Positions 24,353-36,104 of a DNA stretch of 64,000 nt are shown here, piece after piece. Position numbers and translations under genes: made by a program. The stretch's first letter is position 1. Each line of letters opens with the position of its first letter. This DNA comes from Podarcis muralis. Its lineage: Eukaryota. A model generated the notes under the pieces. That model made no database searches. It saw only the letters and a program-made list of their open reading frames with translations, and was not told the origin of the DNA. The stretch covers positions 7,502,001 through 7,566,000 of the forward strand of contig NC_135662.1 in NCBI RefSeq assembly GCF_964188315.1. Direction: 5' to 3'.

Positions 24353-24406
<54 letters not shown>
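23151..24406 (+). mobile_element. 5'-truncated L2-clade LINE (RT C-terminal half and 3' UTR)
   Basis: [21 protein letters not shown] and YADD motifs; (ATT)n tail; inserted into unit sequence at GGGCAC/ATGTTC. Confidence 0.9.
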
Positions 24407-24408
<2 letters not shown>

Positions 24409-24807
24409 GTTCTTGGCAGTGAAACACCAGGGCATCATTATCTGCCATCAGAGCTATCTTGCTTGGGCATGTGTCAGGTGTTTCCTCTCGATGAAGATAG
24501 TTTCAATATGTCATGTGAAAAATAACTATATACAAAACCATTCCCAAACAGCCTTCTGCAAAATAAATAAAATCACTAGTCTTGTCAACACTCCTTTGAC
24601 TCATCTCAAAGTTTTGCCTGAGAGAGCCATGAACAGCATTCCAGTGCTGGACTAAGAGTGGAGAGAGTTGGATTGAAATCACTATTTAGCAATGGCACTT
24701 AGTGAGTGCCCTTGATTCAGTCACACACTCACCCTAACCTACCTCACAGAATTGTTGTAAGGATAAACTGAAAGGTGATCCCATATACCATGTATACCAT
24801 ATTTTAA

Positions 24808-25167
24808 GGGACATGGGTGGCGCTGTGGTCTAAACCACTGAGCCTCTTGTGCTTGCCTATCAGAAGGTCAGCGGTTTGAATCCCTATGACAGGATGAGCT
24901 CCTGTTGCTCTGTCCCAGCTCCTGCCAACCTAGCAGTTTGAAAGCATGCTGGTTCAAGCTGCAGCAGGAAGGTAAACAGAGTTTCCATGCACTCTGGTTT
25001 TCATCACGGTGTTTCATTGCACCAGATGTGGTTTAGTCATGCTGGCTGCATGACCCAGAAAGCCATCTGTGGACAAATGCCTGCTCTCTCAGCCTGAAAG
25101 CGAGATGAGCACCATACCCCATAATCACCTTTGGCTGGACTTAACCATCCAGGGGTCCTTTACCTTT
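24808..25167 (+). mobile_element. Sauria SINE (older copy)
   Basis: tRNA-like head and CCTTTACCTTT tail; 12 bp TSD TATACCATATTT at 24793 and 25535. Confidence 0.88.
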
Positions 25168-25518
25168 AAAGGTAAAGGGACCCCTGACCATTAGGTCCAG
25201 TCATGACCGACTCTGGGGTTGCGGCGCACATCTCGCTTTACTGGCCGAGGGAGCCACCGTACAGCTTCCGGGTCATGTGGCCAGCATGACTAAGCCGCTT
25301 CTGGCGAACCAGAGCAGTGCACGGAAACACTGTTTACCTTCCCGCCGGAGCGGTACCTATTTATCTACTTGCACTTTGACGTGTTTTCAAACTGCTAGGT
25401 GGGCAGGAGCAGGGACAGAGCAATGGGAGCTCACCCCGTCGCGGGGATTCGAACCACCGACCTTCTGATCAGCAAGTCCTAGGCTCTGTGGTTTAACCCA
25501 CAGCGCCACCTGTGTCCC
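25168..25518 (-). mobile_element. Sauria SINE inserted in reverse into the tail of the previous copy
   Basis: Full-length reverse copy flanked by CCTTTACCTTT repeats. Confidence 0.9.
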
Positions 25519-25584
25519 TTCCTTTACCTTTACTTATACCATATTTAGTTGGCATAGCAGAAGTGCATACCCCTTATCCCAGGC

Positions 25585-26387
25585 CTCATCCTGAAGGAGA
25601 GTAGGGTGGTTTTCCTGGCATCCCCATGCCTTTGCATGCTGGTGAGGCGTTCCTTATCCGGCTCCTAAAAGCTATTGCTAAACAAACGCTGCTGGCAAGA
25701 AGCTTTGGGGAAGAGGTAGGTGAAATCTTGCTCCCCTCGTGTGCACCAGTTGCATGTGAGTTGGGGGCAGGGGCAGAAAAAGCATCTGATATGTCCAGCT
25801 GCAATTGCATGACATCACCTCGGAGTTCTCTGTGTTTACTTTTAGTCAGGGTGAAGCAAGGAGTCTCATGCAAAGTGCTCTCAGTGTGTTTGATTAATAG
25901 TGCTCTGGTGTTGCCTTCCACAAATGCAGAGCCATAGCTGGGGGTGGGGGGGAGGTTTACGCCAAGACTTTTGCTCTGGGTGAAATCTCCAAGGGGTACC
26001 ATTGATGCTCCTAGCCTGCCAGTCATTTTACTGTCTGGGCTTTAGAACAGTTCTCCCTGCACCTCTGTGTGTGTGAGACCGAGAGTGGGAATGTAGGGTG
26101 GGGAGAAGACTCTTTCCAAATCCTTTCCCTCCTCCTTCCTTTTCCCCCACCCAGATTCTGGACTTCTCTCTGTCGCAGCCTCTTCCTGCTCACTAAACCC
26201 TGTTACCTCTTCAGCTTCCAATACCACCACCACCTCCACCTCCTCCTCCTCCTCCTCCTCCCAGTCTCCTTCCTCTGAACACTCATCGTTGTCCCACCAC
26301 CAATCCCCTGGCTCTGAGTCTTCTTCCCTGGGGGGTTCTTCAGCTGGTGCCTCCCACCACTTCTCTGCCCCCACCCAGTCCATGACA
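25585..26387 (-). mobile_element. LTR-like repeat (purine-rich GAG/GAA start)
   Basis: Begins TGTCATGGACTGG on the minus strand with acidic low-complexity coding-like sequence; far end uncertain. Confidence 0.5.
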
Positions 26388-26906
26388 GCATTTTACAACA
26401 GCAATGCAAACAAGTGTAGACATGTTACAGCTAGATACAAACTTGTATTAGAAACAGTGGCTTACAAAGCAATGCAAGGGGTGATTATACATACAAGATT
26501 ACAGTATATCAAATATAGATGATGGGTTTTTGTACATTCATGATTCTGGTAACTAGTTGTAAAACAGAGAGACATGGTTTTGATGGTATAGCGTGCTTTG
26601 CTTCATAACTCTACAAGACTTAGAATAATTAAGAGCTTCTGAGTTCATCTAGTTCACCCTGCTGAAATTCTAAACACATCCTGGAATCAATAGCCCACAC
26701 TGAATACAGGTCAAGAAAAGTCCTGGTAATGGAAACCAAAATTACACAGGTATGCTTCAAAGAAACTAGGATTATAAATCTTTTGGAGCCATCAAAACTT
26801 AATCTCAGCAGTGGAATACAAATATACACTTGTTTACTTGGTAGGAGCTAGAACAACTTATAGTAACCAGAGTGGTATAGCTATAAGTTGTACTCTTTCA
26901 AAGCCA

Positions 26907-27899
26907 TCACAAGGTACTTAAAGCACAGGTCTCCACTTCCTCTGTAGGGTTTTCTTCTTCCTTGAAAATATTTTGGAGTATGGCTTTCATGCCCTTTACA
27001 TGCCCGCCTCTCTTTCGTCTCCCAAACACAAAATAGAGCAAAGGGTTAACACTGCTGTTCAGAGTGGCGCACAAGTAACCATATTGCAATCGGTGCAAAG
27101 TTGGAATATGGAAAACATAATGGCCAATGTAAAAGGCATTCAGTGGAAAAGAAAGAAAGATAAAGAAGAAAAGAGTAAGGAGGACGACTATAATGAGCTT
27201 GCCCCGCTTCTGCTGTTGTGTTTTAAAGCAGACCTTGATGAACAGGATTAATGTGGAGACAGTTATTAGTGGGAGACAAAAGAAGCCATTCTCAATGTAC
27301 TGGTAGAGTCTTACGGAACCATGATACTCTTTAACAGCCAGGTAGAGAAGGAAATGTGTTCCAGGGAGAAAGAAAGAAAGCACCCATATGAAGGCACACA
27401 AAACAATGGACAAACGTGGCGGTCGGTGGCATCCATACCAAACTGGGAAGAGTACAGACACACACCTGTCAATGCTGATGGCCGTCAGCAGAAACTGACC
27501 CGCGTTGTACATGAATTGGAAAATATCTTCAAAGAATTCAAACGCAACACCCTCATCCTGTTTGCGATTCTGAAGCCAGCGTATTTCTAGAATAAGGTCC
27601 ACAGCAAGTAAACCAAAGTCTGCAACGGCGAGGTTCAGGATGTACGTGGTGAAGGGGGTCCTCTGAATACGGAATCCAAGCAGCCAGATGACAATTCCAT
27701 TCCCCAAGCATCCCAAAATGCAAACTATAATTATTGATACACACACTATATACATTGTTACTGTCTGGTATACAAATTCTGGATCATCATTACTGTGGCT
27801 ACTGTTGGGGTAAGCGCTTGTGTTGAAGGCTGCATAATATTTCTCTCCAGCATTCAAAGGGGACAGGGATGTTGGGCTGAAGCTGGCCATTGTGCTCAT
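26907..27899 (-). CDS. MAS-related GPCR, clade 2, 330 aa
   Basis: GNGIVIW, LAVAD, SIDRC, HRPP, SFPL and NSSVNPLLYF motifs. Confidence 0.95.
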   Translation of the reverse strand: MSTMASFSPTSLSPLNAGEKYYAAFNTSAYPNSSHSNDDPEFVYQTVTMYIVCVSIIIVCILGCLGNGIVIWLLGFRIQRTPFTTYILNLAVADFGLLAVDLILEIRWLQNRKQDEGVAFEFFEDIFQFMYNAGQFLLTAISIDRCVSVLFPVWYGCHRPPRLSIVLCAFIWVLSFFLPGTHFLLYLAVKEYHGSVRLYQYIENGFFCLPLITVSTLILFIKVCFKTQQQKRGKLIIVVLLTLFFFIFLSFPLNAFYIGHYVFHIPTLHRLQYGYLCATLNSSVNPLLYFVFGRRKRGGHVKGMKAILQNIFKEEENPTEEVETCALSTL

Positions 27900-28010
27900 C
27901 CCTTGCTTTTGTGTATCGTCTGGTGTGGATAGTCCTGCTGGAAGACATGGGAGAAAAGTGGAATAAGCCTTTGGAATTGGTCAGCAATGATAAAAAGTAA
28001 CACATTCATT

Positions 28011-28370
28011 GGGACGCAGGTGGCACTGTGGTCTAAATCACAGCGCCTAGGGCTTGCCGATCAGAAGGTTGGCAGATTGAATCCCCGCGACGGGGTGAGC
28101 TCCTGTTGCTTGGTCCCTGCTCCTGCCAACCTAGCAGTTCGAAAGCATGTCAAAGTGCAAGTAGATAAATAGGTACCACTCTGGCGGGAAGGTAAATGGC
28201 ATTTCTGTGCGCTGCTCTGGTTTGCCAGAAGTGGCTTAGTCATGCTGGCCACATGACCCGGAAGCTGTACACCGGCACACCGGCTCCCTCAGCCAGTAAA
28301 GTGAGATGAGCGCCGCAACCCCAGAGTTTTCTGTGACTGGACCTAACGGTCAGGGGTCCCTTTACCTTTA
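28011..28370 (+). mobile_element. Sauria SINE in the predicted intron of the 26.9 kb gene
   Basis: Full-length; TSD AACAC(A/G)TTCATT. Confidence 0.92.
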
Positions 28371-28949
28371 ACACGTTCATTGGAGTCAACAAAGAGACCA
28401 TGTCAAGAAGGGGCCAGATTGCCAGCAGAAGCAGTGAGAGTAGGGGAAAGAACAATAGTATTCAAGGCTGGGTAATAAGCCCACAAGCTTTGGCTGGCTG
28501 CCTGGCTCACTAATTAGTAAGAATATATATAACCCCAGTAGGCTAAACTACCCAAGCTGGCTGCTTCGTGTTGTTTGTTTGTTGTTAGCAATTTCTAATG
28601 CTTCTGCTGCTGATAGTAATAATTTTTAGCAATGAGAACAGAATAAAAATATATTTAAAAAATGAAAAATGTTCTGGATTTCTATTCTTTTTTTAAGGAT
28701 GGGAGAAGAATTAATTTGGAAAGGTTAGAAAGCAAATAAAAGCTGGACAAATGACAACAAACCCTTTCTAATAGACAACATTTGCAAAAGAGTCCTGTAT
28801 TTTAAAAAATTAAGACTTCACCACCTTACCCCAAGTACGGTGACTGGAGAGTTTTGGGTATTGCGATAAGACTTTTAAGCTGGACCTGCAGATCTCAACA
28901 ATTAAAACAATAATTAATTTGATTTTGGGTAAAGGCACGTAGATTTATT

Positions 28950-29450
28950 TTGTTTAGGATAAAGATGAAGAGGTCAAGCCAAAAGCTTTAGAGGAAATAC
29001 TGGCTTTGAGAAGGGGAGTGGAGGAAAAGAATGGAAAGTGATCTCTGAGATGAGAAAATTGTGCCATCAGGAAAAGAACCTCTACAAAACATTTCCTACC
29101 TTATTCCAACCACAGATGTTTGCTCACAAGGTTTGAGATGTTCTCTGATGCCTCTAGGATATCAGTTGATATCTCTTCTCTGTGTTCAAAATAAAATACT
29201 CATCCAGAAGTCAGCACACATTTTGAGCAGAGAATGTCAAATGGAAGAGTTGTTTGTTCAGCAAGTGTGGGGCAGATAACGGAAATCCTGTTAACAAGTG
29301 CAAATCCATTAGTTGGTGCCCAACTTAGCCACGGATTGTCTTTTGCTTCCTGATACTTCAAGAATCTCCTGTGAGTGTGTGTCCCTTTATAACTTACAAA
29401 AACCTCAGGTGATATATGCACTTTATACTTACAAGTGTTTCCAGGGTCAC
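28950..29450 (-). promoter_or_regulatory. Conserved clade 2 upstream block (putative promoter and noncoding exon 1)
   Basis: Homologous block upstream of all four clade 2 genes. Donor AAG/GTAGGA at 29099; TATAAA on the minus strand near 29425. Confidence 0.6.
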
Positions 29451-29716
29451 AGCTGATAGTAAAATTTGACATTTGGATTCCGGACAATCAACTGTCAGAT
29501 GAACTTTAGTACTGGACACTGCGAGATCAATAGCTCAAGTGAACTTTACTCCAGTAAACATGCAATTTCTTCTTTAGCCAATTTTTGCATGTGCCTAAGG
29601 GAGGGGGAAGTGGATTTAGAGCAAACTGTTTCTATGTCATGCCCTTTGCCAGACCCCAAGAAGACATATTGGGCAAATGCTGAGATTTGAGAAATGCTGA
29701 GATGCAGCAATCATTA

Positions 29717-29797
29717 GCTGAGATTCCTGCATTGCAGGGGGCTGGACCAGATGACCTTTGGGGTTCCTTTCAACTCTACAGTTCTATGATTCTATGA
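29717..29797 (+). mobile_element. SINE 3' part with CR1-type tail (Squam2-like)
   Basis: Ends TTCTATGATTCTATGA; similar to 43869-43997. Confidence 0.7.
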
Positions 29798-30253
29798 AAT
29801 GTGCCATAACATTTTAACCACAAAATGCCAAGCTAACTCTTATAGAAGGTAAACATTCTATTGTGGTCGAAGGCTGAAATATATACAGAGAGACAAATGG
29901 CTGGGTTGGATAAGGTCCATTTCATTAAAAGTTAGACGTAAACCTGCACAGAAGAGTTGTAGGTGAGGGAACTGACTATGATTAAGAAATCCCATATCTA
30001 TTAGGGCAAACAAACCCATGCTGGGTCAATGGCAAGGCTATCTTCTTACCCCAGCCAAAGTAGGTTCTGTGCCAACCACCACCCAAAAGTCAACTATTAA
30101 GAATAAACCAGGTACTGGCTAAGGCTACTGTCTGGTGCTAGTACAAAGTCCACAAGACCTAACCAGCCATAGGTCATGGGTTTATCATGGCCTGAATAAT
30201 ATTTCACCAAGTCTGCTGCTCAAAATGGTCACCAGGCCAATGCCCTCAGACAG

Positions 30254-30385
30254 ACCCTCCAAGTGTCCCTATTTTCCATGGACAATCCTAGGTTTACAGA
30301 TGACGTCCCAGTTTCTGATTTGATCCCAGAATGTCCCACTTTTCCTTAGGACATCCCTATTTCCATTAGATAAATGTTGGAGGGC
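30254..30385. mobile_element. Short MITE-like repeat
   Basis: Inverted ends CCCTCCAA / TTGGAGGG. Confidence 0.55.
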
Positions 30386-30545
30386 ATGGAGTTATGCGAT
30401 CCCCAAGGCATGGAGATAAGTAACTATACAACCTTTAGAAGACTTCTGAAGGAAGCCCTGTATAGGAAGGGCAGTGTATTTAAAAAAATAAATTAATTAA
30501 TTATGTTTTATATATGTTGGCAGCTGCACTGTCAGATGTGTGGGG

Positions 30546-30581
<36 letters not shown>

Positions 30582-30583
<2 letters not shown>

Positions 30584-30754
30584 GTGCTTTTTTCTTAAAA
30601 AAATGTTTAGGGGTGCTCTCATTTTGATTCAAGGAAATCACCATTTTATAGTTCAAATCAAGAAAAATAAATACAATAAATGGACAAAAGTACAAAGATT
30701 CACAAAATGTTTAGGGGTAGGCATCCCCCTGCATCCCACCAGAAAAAAGCACTG
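30582..30754. mobile_element. hAT-type MITE
   Basis: TIRs TAGTGCTTTTTT / AAAAAAGCACTG; 8 bp TSD ATTATTAT / ACTATTAT. Confidence 0.75.
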
Positions 30755-32060
30755 ACTATTATTATTGAATTGAACGTTCCTATTTTCATCAGAGAAATAT
30801 TTGAAGGCAAGTTCAATGTGCTGAAGCCAGGCCTGCTCTAAAATGGCTGCCACTGGGCTCTATAGACAAAGTAGGTCTAAAATATCATGGCCACCAGCAG
30901 ACCTAATGGGGAAGGGCAGGTGGCTGATGCACTCGCTCAAATCTGAGACAGAAATGACCATGGAGCCCTAACCTGCAACACTCATGGCACAAAAGGAGGC
31001 AACTGATAACCAACTGCCCACAGGAGGGCGGAGGAGGCCCAAGCCAAACCAGCCACCAAGCGGTCAGCTTTGTGGCATGTGTGCTGCCCAAGTCCCATAT
31101 TGTTCTTTTGACCAAGCTGCTCCGCAGCGGCTCACATGCCTGAAAGACACAGAGGAGGAGAAAGTAGTCCAGCTCAAGGCTTGCCTATCTGCCAACTCAA
31201 AAAGTGTTCTGCCAGCTTCCCACGCTAAATGGAGCTCAAACGCCCCAAGAGACACCAGCAGTAAAAACAGAGCAGTGGAGTCAGTCATTTTGAATAGCTA
31301 TTTTATTAGCAAGCAGATACCTATGTAAGTACAATGTCCATCAAACACCATTTAACACTCTAACTGAATAAGCTAAGCGACTGGCTTGTTCTCAATAGTT
31401 TATTCATCCTAAAGATAAATTAATATATACCAGCAGTGAGTGCACATGCAAATGGTGCTTCAGAATAGGAACAGAGGAGGGTGTATGGAAATGGGGCAGG
31501 TCTGTGTGCAAGGGAGAGTTGAAAAAGGAGGAAAGAAGAGGTTGAACATGATACTGGTGTGCTTGCAAAGGAGGCCATGGAATAAGAGAGGGGAAGGCTT
31601 TGTTTGTTTGCCAGCCTTCATCTGAGTATCACAGGGTAGTTTAAAGTATAAAAACACAAAAAATACATAAGATAATGACACACAAAACGATGCCCCCCTA
31701 CATACACAATTTAAAAGGCCATAGATTGTTTAACTATCCAAGGTCTGGGAAAAGAGGAATGATTCCTCCCCCTGGGGACCTGATGATTCCTGGGGAGAAG
31801 ATTCCACAAGTGGGGAGCCATCACAGAAAAGGTTCGTTTTCATGTTGGCACTCTCTGGACTGTTCATGGGGGAGGCAAACAAAGAAGGACCTGATTATGA
31901 TTTCAGGGTCCTGGTTGGTTCATATGGGAAGAGGTGGTCCTTGAGGTATTGCAGTTACAGGCTGTTGCTTCTTTCTTTTTTCTTTTTCTTTTAAATCCTG
32001 TATCTAGATGCTGCTTTAGAGGCCCTTAACCTCTTATTTATGTTCCTCTATGTGCACTCT

Positions 32061-32200
32061 ACGAGATGATTGGACAGTGTTCTCGAAGCTACAAACATGA
32101 GCCTGACCAAACTGCGGGAGGCAGTGGAAGACAGGAGTGCCTGGTGTGCTCTGGTCCATGGGGTCACGAAGAGTCGGACACGACTAAATGACTAAACAAC
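32061..32200 (+). mobile_element. BovB 3' end fragment
   Basis: Matches 13980-14119; 11 bp TSD ATGTGCACTCT. Confidence 0.92.
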
Positions 32201-32756
32201 ATGTGCACTCTGTGAGCAGGATGTGCACTCTATGAGCAGGATGGAGTGCATCCTAAGAGTTCCTCTTCTTCTCTCCAGCTTCTCTCGGATTTCCTCTTTC
32301 TGCATTCGGCACAGAAATGGGTTGATCTCTGTGAAACGGAGACTGGAGGGGGGGGGAAGGAAGACAGTGGAGGGGAAAGGGGTGAATGTGAAAATTGGGG
32401 TGATAAGGGGCTTACAACAAAGCAGGGAGGAGGATGCAGGGGGATGAGGTTGAGAGCAGGGGCAAGAAAAGGGTGGAGAATAGGAGGGGGATTTTTACAA
32501 TGTGTGAAAGAAGGAGGTGCACCTCTACTTAGTAGATGGTGAAATCTATCCCCTGCCCCGTTCCTCCGTTCCTCTCTCAGCTGGTTTCATGGTATAGCCC
32601 CAATTCCTCCAGAGGCAGGTGGGAACCATCTTGAAGAGGCAAGCTCAATGTAGGTCACTGCAAATCATCCCATATTCTTTGAAGGAATGGAAGGTGAATC
32701 TTGAGCACAGGGGCTAAGAATGTGTGATTGCATGATTGATAAATCTTTTGGAGCCA

Positions 32757-33749
32757 TCATAACTTCGTTTCAGCCGAGGGTGCCATTTCATCTGGATGAC
32801 TTTCTTCCTCTTTGAAAACATTCTGAAGTATGACTTTCATGCTTCTCCTAGGTTTGCCTCTCTTTGGTCTCCCAACCAGGAAATAGATCAAAGGGTTAAC
32901 GCTGCTGTTCAGAGTGGCGCACAAGTAGCCATATTGTATGCGATGCAAAGTTGGAGACTCAAAAATATAATGGCTTATGTAAAAGGCATTCATTGGAAAA
33001 GAAAAAGAAAGAAAGAAGAGGAGTGTAAGCAGGATGACCGTGATCAGCTTTCTCCGCCTTATCCGTTGTGTTTTGAAGCAGAACTTGATAAAAAGGATCA
33101 ATGTGGAGAAAGTCATGAGTGGGAGGCAAATGAAGCCGTTCACAATATACTGGTAGCACCTTATATACTTGTGTTCCTTCTTAGCAGTCAGGAAGAGAAT
33201 GAAGTGATTTCCAGGGAAAATGTAAGAAAATATCCATATCAAGGCACACAAAATGGTAGACAAACGTGGTGGCCGGTGGCATCGATACCAAAGGGGGAAC
33301 AGGATACAAACACACCTGTCGATGCTGATGGCCGTCAGCAGAAACTGACCAGTGTTGTACATGCATTGGAAAATATCTTCAAAGAATTCAAACACGATGC
33401 CTTCATCCTGTTTACGGTTTTGAAGCCAGCGTATTTCTAAAATAAAGTCAACAGCGAGTAAACCAAAGTCCGCAATGGCGAGGTTCAGGATGTATGTGGT
33501 GAAGGGGGTCCTCTGAATACGGAATCCTAGCAGCCAGATGACAGTTCCATTCCCCAAGCATCCCAAAATGCAAACTATAATTATTGATACACACACTATA
33601 TACATTGTTACTGTCCTGTATATAAATTCTGGGCCGTCATTACTGTGGCTGTTGTTGGAAAAAACACTTGCATTGGATGTTTCATAATATTTCTCTCCAG
33701 CATCCAAAGGGTACAGGAGCGTTGGGCTGAAACTCGCCATTGTGTTCAA
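32757..33749 (-). CDS. MAS-related GPCR, clade 2, 330 aa
   Basis: Close paralogue of 26907..27899 with all MRG motifs intact. Confidence 0.95.
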   Translation of the reverse strand: MNTMASFSPTLLYPLDAGEKYYETSNASVFSNNSHSNDGPEFIYRTVTMYIVCVSIIIVCILGCLGNGTVIWLLGFRIQRTPFTTYILNLAIADFGLLAVDFILEIRWLQNRKQDEGIVFEFFEDIFQCMYNTGQFLLTAISIDRCVCILFPLWYRCHRPPRLSTILCALIWIFSYIFPGNHFILFLTAKKEHKYIRCYQYIVNGFICLPLMTFSTLILFIKFCFKTQRIRRRKLITVILLTLLFFLSFSFPMNAFYISHYIFESPTLHRIQYGYLCATLNSSVNPLIYFLVGRPKRGKPRRSMKVILQNVFKEEESHPDEMAPSAETKL

Positions 33750-34554
33750 CTTTGGCTTTTGTGTTTTGTCTGGTGTAGAGATTCCTGCTGGGAGAAGTGC
33801 GAGAAAAGGTCACGTTAGCCTTTTGCTAACAAGGTGAACAAACCTTTTCAAGCTAGTCTTTCTTGCTTCAGTCTGAGAAACCACTGTTAGGGTGAAGTGC
33901 TTCTTATTATACCCTCTCCAGTTAAAGTTGCATTTTCAGAAAGACACATACAGACAATAAAGTTATCCTACCACTTTCCATTGTTTCATTTTTCTACCCC
34001 ATTGATTGCAGAGGACATGAAGCTAACCCAGTTGGACTTGCTGGCCTACTTTGAATGTGGCCAGCCAGGGCAGTAAAGGAGGCAAGATAGGTAAATGAAT
34101 GGAAGGTTCTGAAACAGAAATCATGGAGTGATAGACAACAGTTTCACTCTTGCTGTCAATGTCTCCTTTCAAATAGTAAAATTTAGTTTTCTTTTCTCCC
34201 TCTTAAAAAATGTGTGTGTTGTTTTTGCTTGTTTGCATTTCATACTATCCTGGTTCTAGTAAAGTTCAGTTTTTACCTCTATGAGCAGAGAATTTTCTCC
34301 CTTTAATAGTATGCTAGTTCTATACTTGTAACCCGAAAGCCAGCTCTTTTTTTTGCACTTAATCAACTGCACAAAGCTGAACTGGAATGGGAGTGCCCCA
34401 TCCATCTCAAGACTGTCCCATCCAAAAATACCCAGAAGCAGCAATATTACTGGGGAAATCTTGGGGACTGCAAGGGTGACAGTCACCATCCTGCCTTGAC
34501 TTTGATCCATGGGGAAATATCAGAGGAACACACTGTTTAAATGATGACAGCAGA

Positions 34555-35070
34555 GAAGGCAATTTGGAAAGGAAGAGATGAATATGAGCAAAAGCATTTG
34601 GAAATAATTTCCCTACATTCTGGATGGAGGTGAAGAGGTTAAGCCCAAAGTTTTTGTCTTTAAGGTGGGGTGTGGAGGAAGGGAGAATATAATGTGGCCT
34701 CAAAGAAGAGGAAGAATGTCCTACCTTAATTCCAATCACAGATGTTTGCTCTCTTAGAATTCTAAGGTCTGAGCCAGTATTTCTGCTCCGTTTTCAAAAC
34801 ACGTTGCCCATCCAGCTGTCAGTACTCAGCATTGAGCAGAGAACATCAGATAGAACACCATGTTGGTTTAGCAAGGGCAGGGCAGGTAATTGATATCCTG
34901 TTAAAATGTGCAAATCCATTAGCTGGTATTTTAGAAAAAGGCGAGGTTAGGGTTAACTTTCTTTCCCGGTATGCATCAGCAATCCCCTGTGTGCTCTTCA
35001 AATTGTTTTGGTTGTAACTTAGCAAAGCTTCAGAAGATATTTGCAGCTTGTACTTGCAGATGTTTCAAGT
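34555..35070 (-). promoter_or_regulatory. Conserved clade 2 upstream block
   Basis: Homologous to 28950-29450; donor AAG/GTAGGA at 34724. Confidence 0.6.
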
Positions 35071-35215
35071 TTAGTGGCATGTTGCATTAATAGTCAGATT
35101 CTGTACTGATTCAGCGACTACAATGGAGCTTTTCAATCTGTTGCATCTTCAGGCAGAGCTGTAAAAGGCTGTTGCCAGAAATCCTGGAGAACTCCGCCAA
35201 TCAGTGTTAACAGTA

Positions 35216-35290
35216 CTGAACTAGAACCATAGAGCGGTAGAGTTGGAATGGATCCCAAGGCCCATGTAACCCAATCCCCTGTGATGCAGG
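35216..35290 (-). mobile_element. CR1-tail SINE fragment
   Basis: Degenerate reverse match to 43920-43997. Confidence 0.5.
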
Positions 35291-35321
35291 ATAAAGCGTG
35301 TTCTCCTTCATGGAGAGCACA

Positions 35322-36104
35322 TGTTGCAGTGGGGGCCGCCAGGACACTCCAAAGTTGTGGGGCGGGCTAATTGATCGTTGGCCACTGATGTGATTGGGCT
35401 TCCTTTGTTGTTGGGAAGAAGTTAATGTTGCCATTTGTTGATTGACAGCCAGAAATGCTAAAACTCCTTGCACAAGGCTAGGGCTTCCTCTTTCTGCCCG
35501 TGCATCAGATTGCCCGTCCCCCCTCCCTATATTTAGGGTTGTTCGCTTTGACCTTGCTATGCCTGTCATGGGGTCATCTGCTCTTGGGGCAGGGGCCCGG
35601 TAGGAATTTTGTCCATCAGGCTGATTGGCTGGGGCCATTTGGGTTTTGCATACCGCGTAGCAAATCGTCACAACTTGTAAGGTTGCGGTTAGGCATTGGT
35701 TTATGGTTTGGTTGGTTGAGGGGCATGGATTGGCTGTGCCTGCCCCTCTAATGCTGCTGCTGCAAAGGATTCCATTAAAGGAATCAGGGGCTAACTATTG
35801 CTTGTCCACCCTGTCAAGGGGGCTCGGGCCATGCAAAAGCTCCTGGTTGCATTTGGGGAGGGCTGAGGGCAGGTTCCCTGCTCCGTCGCTACCCCCAAGT
35901 GTATTCCCCTTTTCTGACTTTCACAGAATGTCAGTCTGTCCCCCATGGGGGGGGGGCAGATAGTCGCAACCAATGCCTAAGCAACCACTCACATTTTTTG
36001 TATTTTAATAAAGCTGTGGCCAAAATCATGCCAAAAACCTTAAACAAAAATTTCTGTGTGATGTGTGAGTTATTGGGGTGGCCCTGGGGACCTCGACACG
36101 CAAC
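35322..36104 (+). mobile_element. Solo LTR-like element
   Basis: TGTTGC...GCAAC termini and AATAAA; shares blocks with the unit LTRs. Confidence 0.65.

Larger units (their letters stand above)
1295..24560. repeat. Tandem segmental duplication array, unit about 5.5 kb, carrying clade 1 MRGPR genes
   Basis: Genes 2 and 3 are 5469 bp apart. The same upstream region, solo LTR, hAT MITE and 3' flank recur in the same order; edges are approximate. Confidence 0.92.

Noticed and set aside
26042-26383. Acidic 113 aa ORF (EEPPREEDSEPGDWWW...)
   Set aside because: Low-complexity purine-rich start of an LTR-like repeat; no evidence of a host gene.
30870-31330. GC-richer segment with 70-114 aa ORFs
   Set aside because: No recognisable domain, splice pattern or repeat identity; possibly an old transposon fragment.
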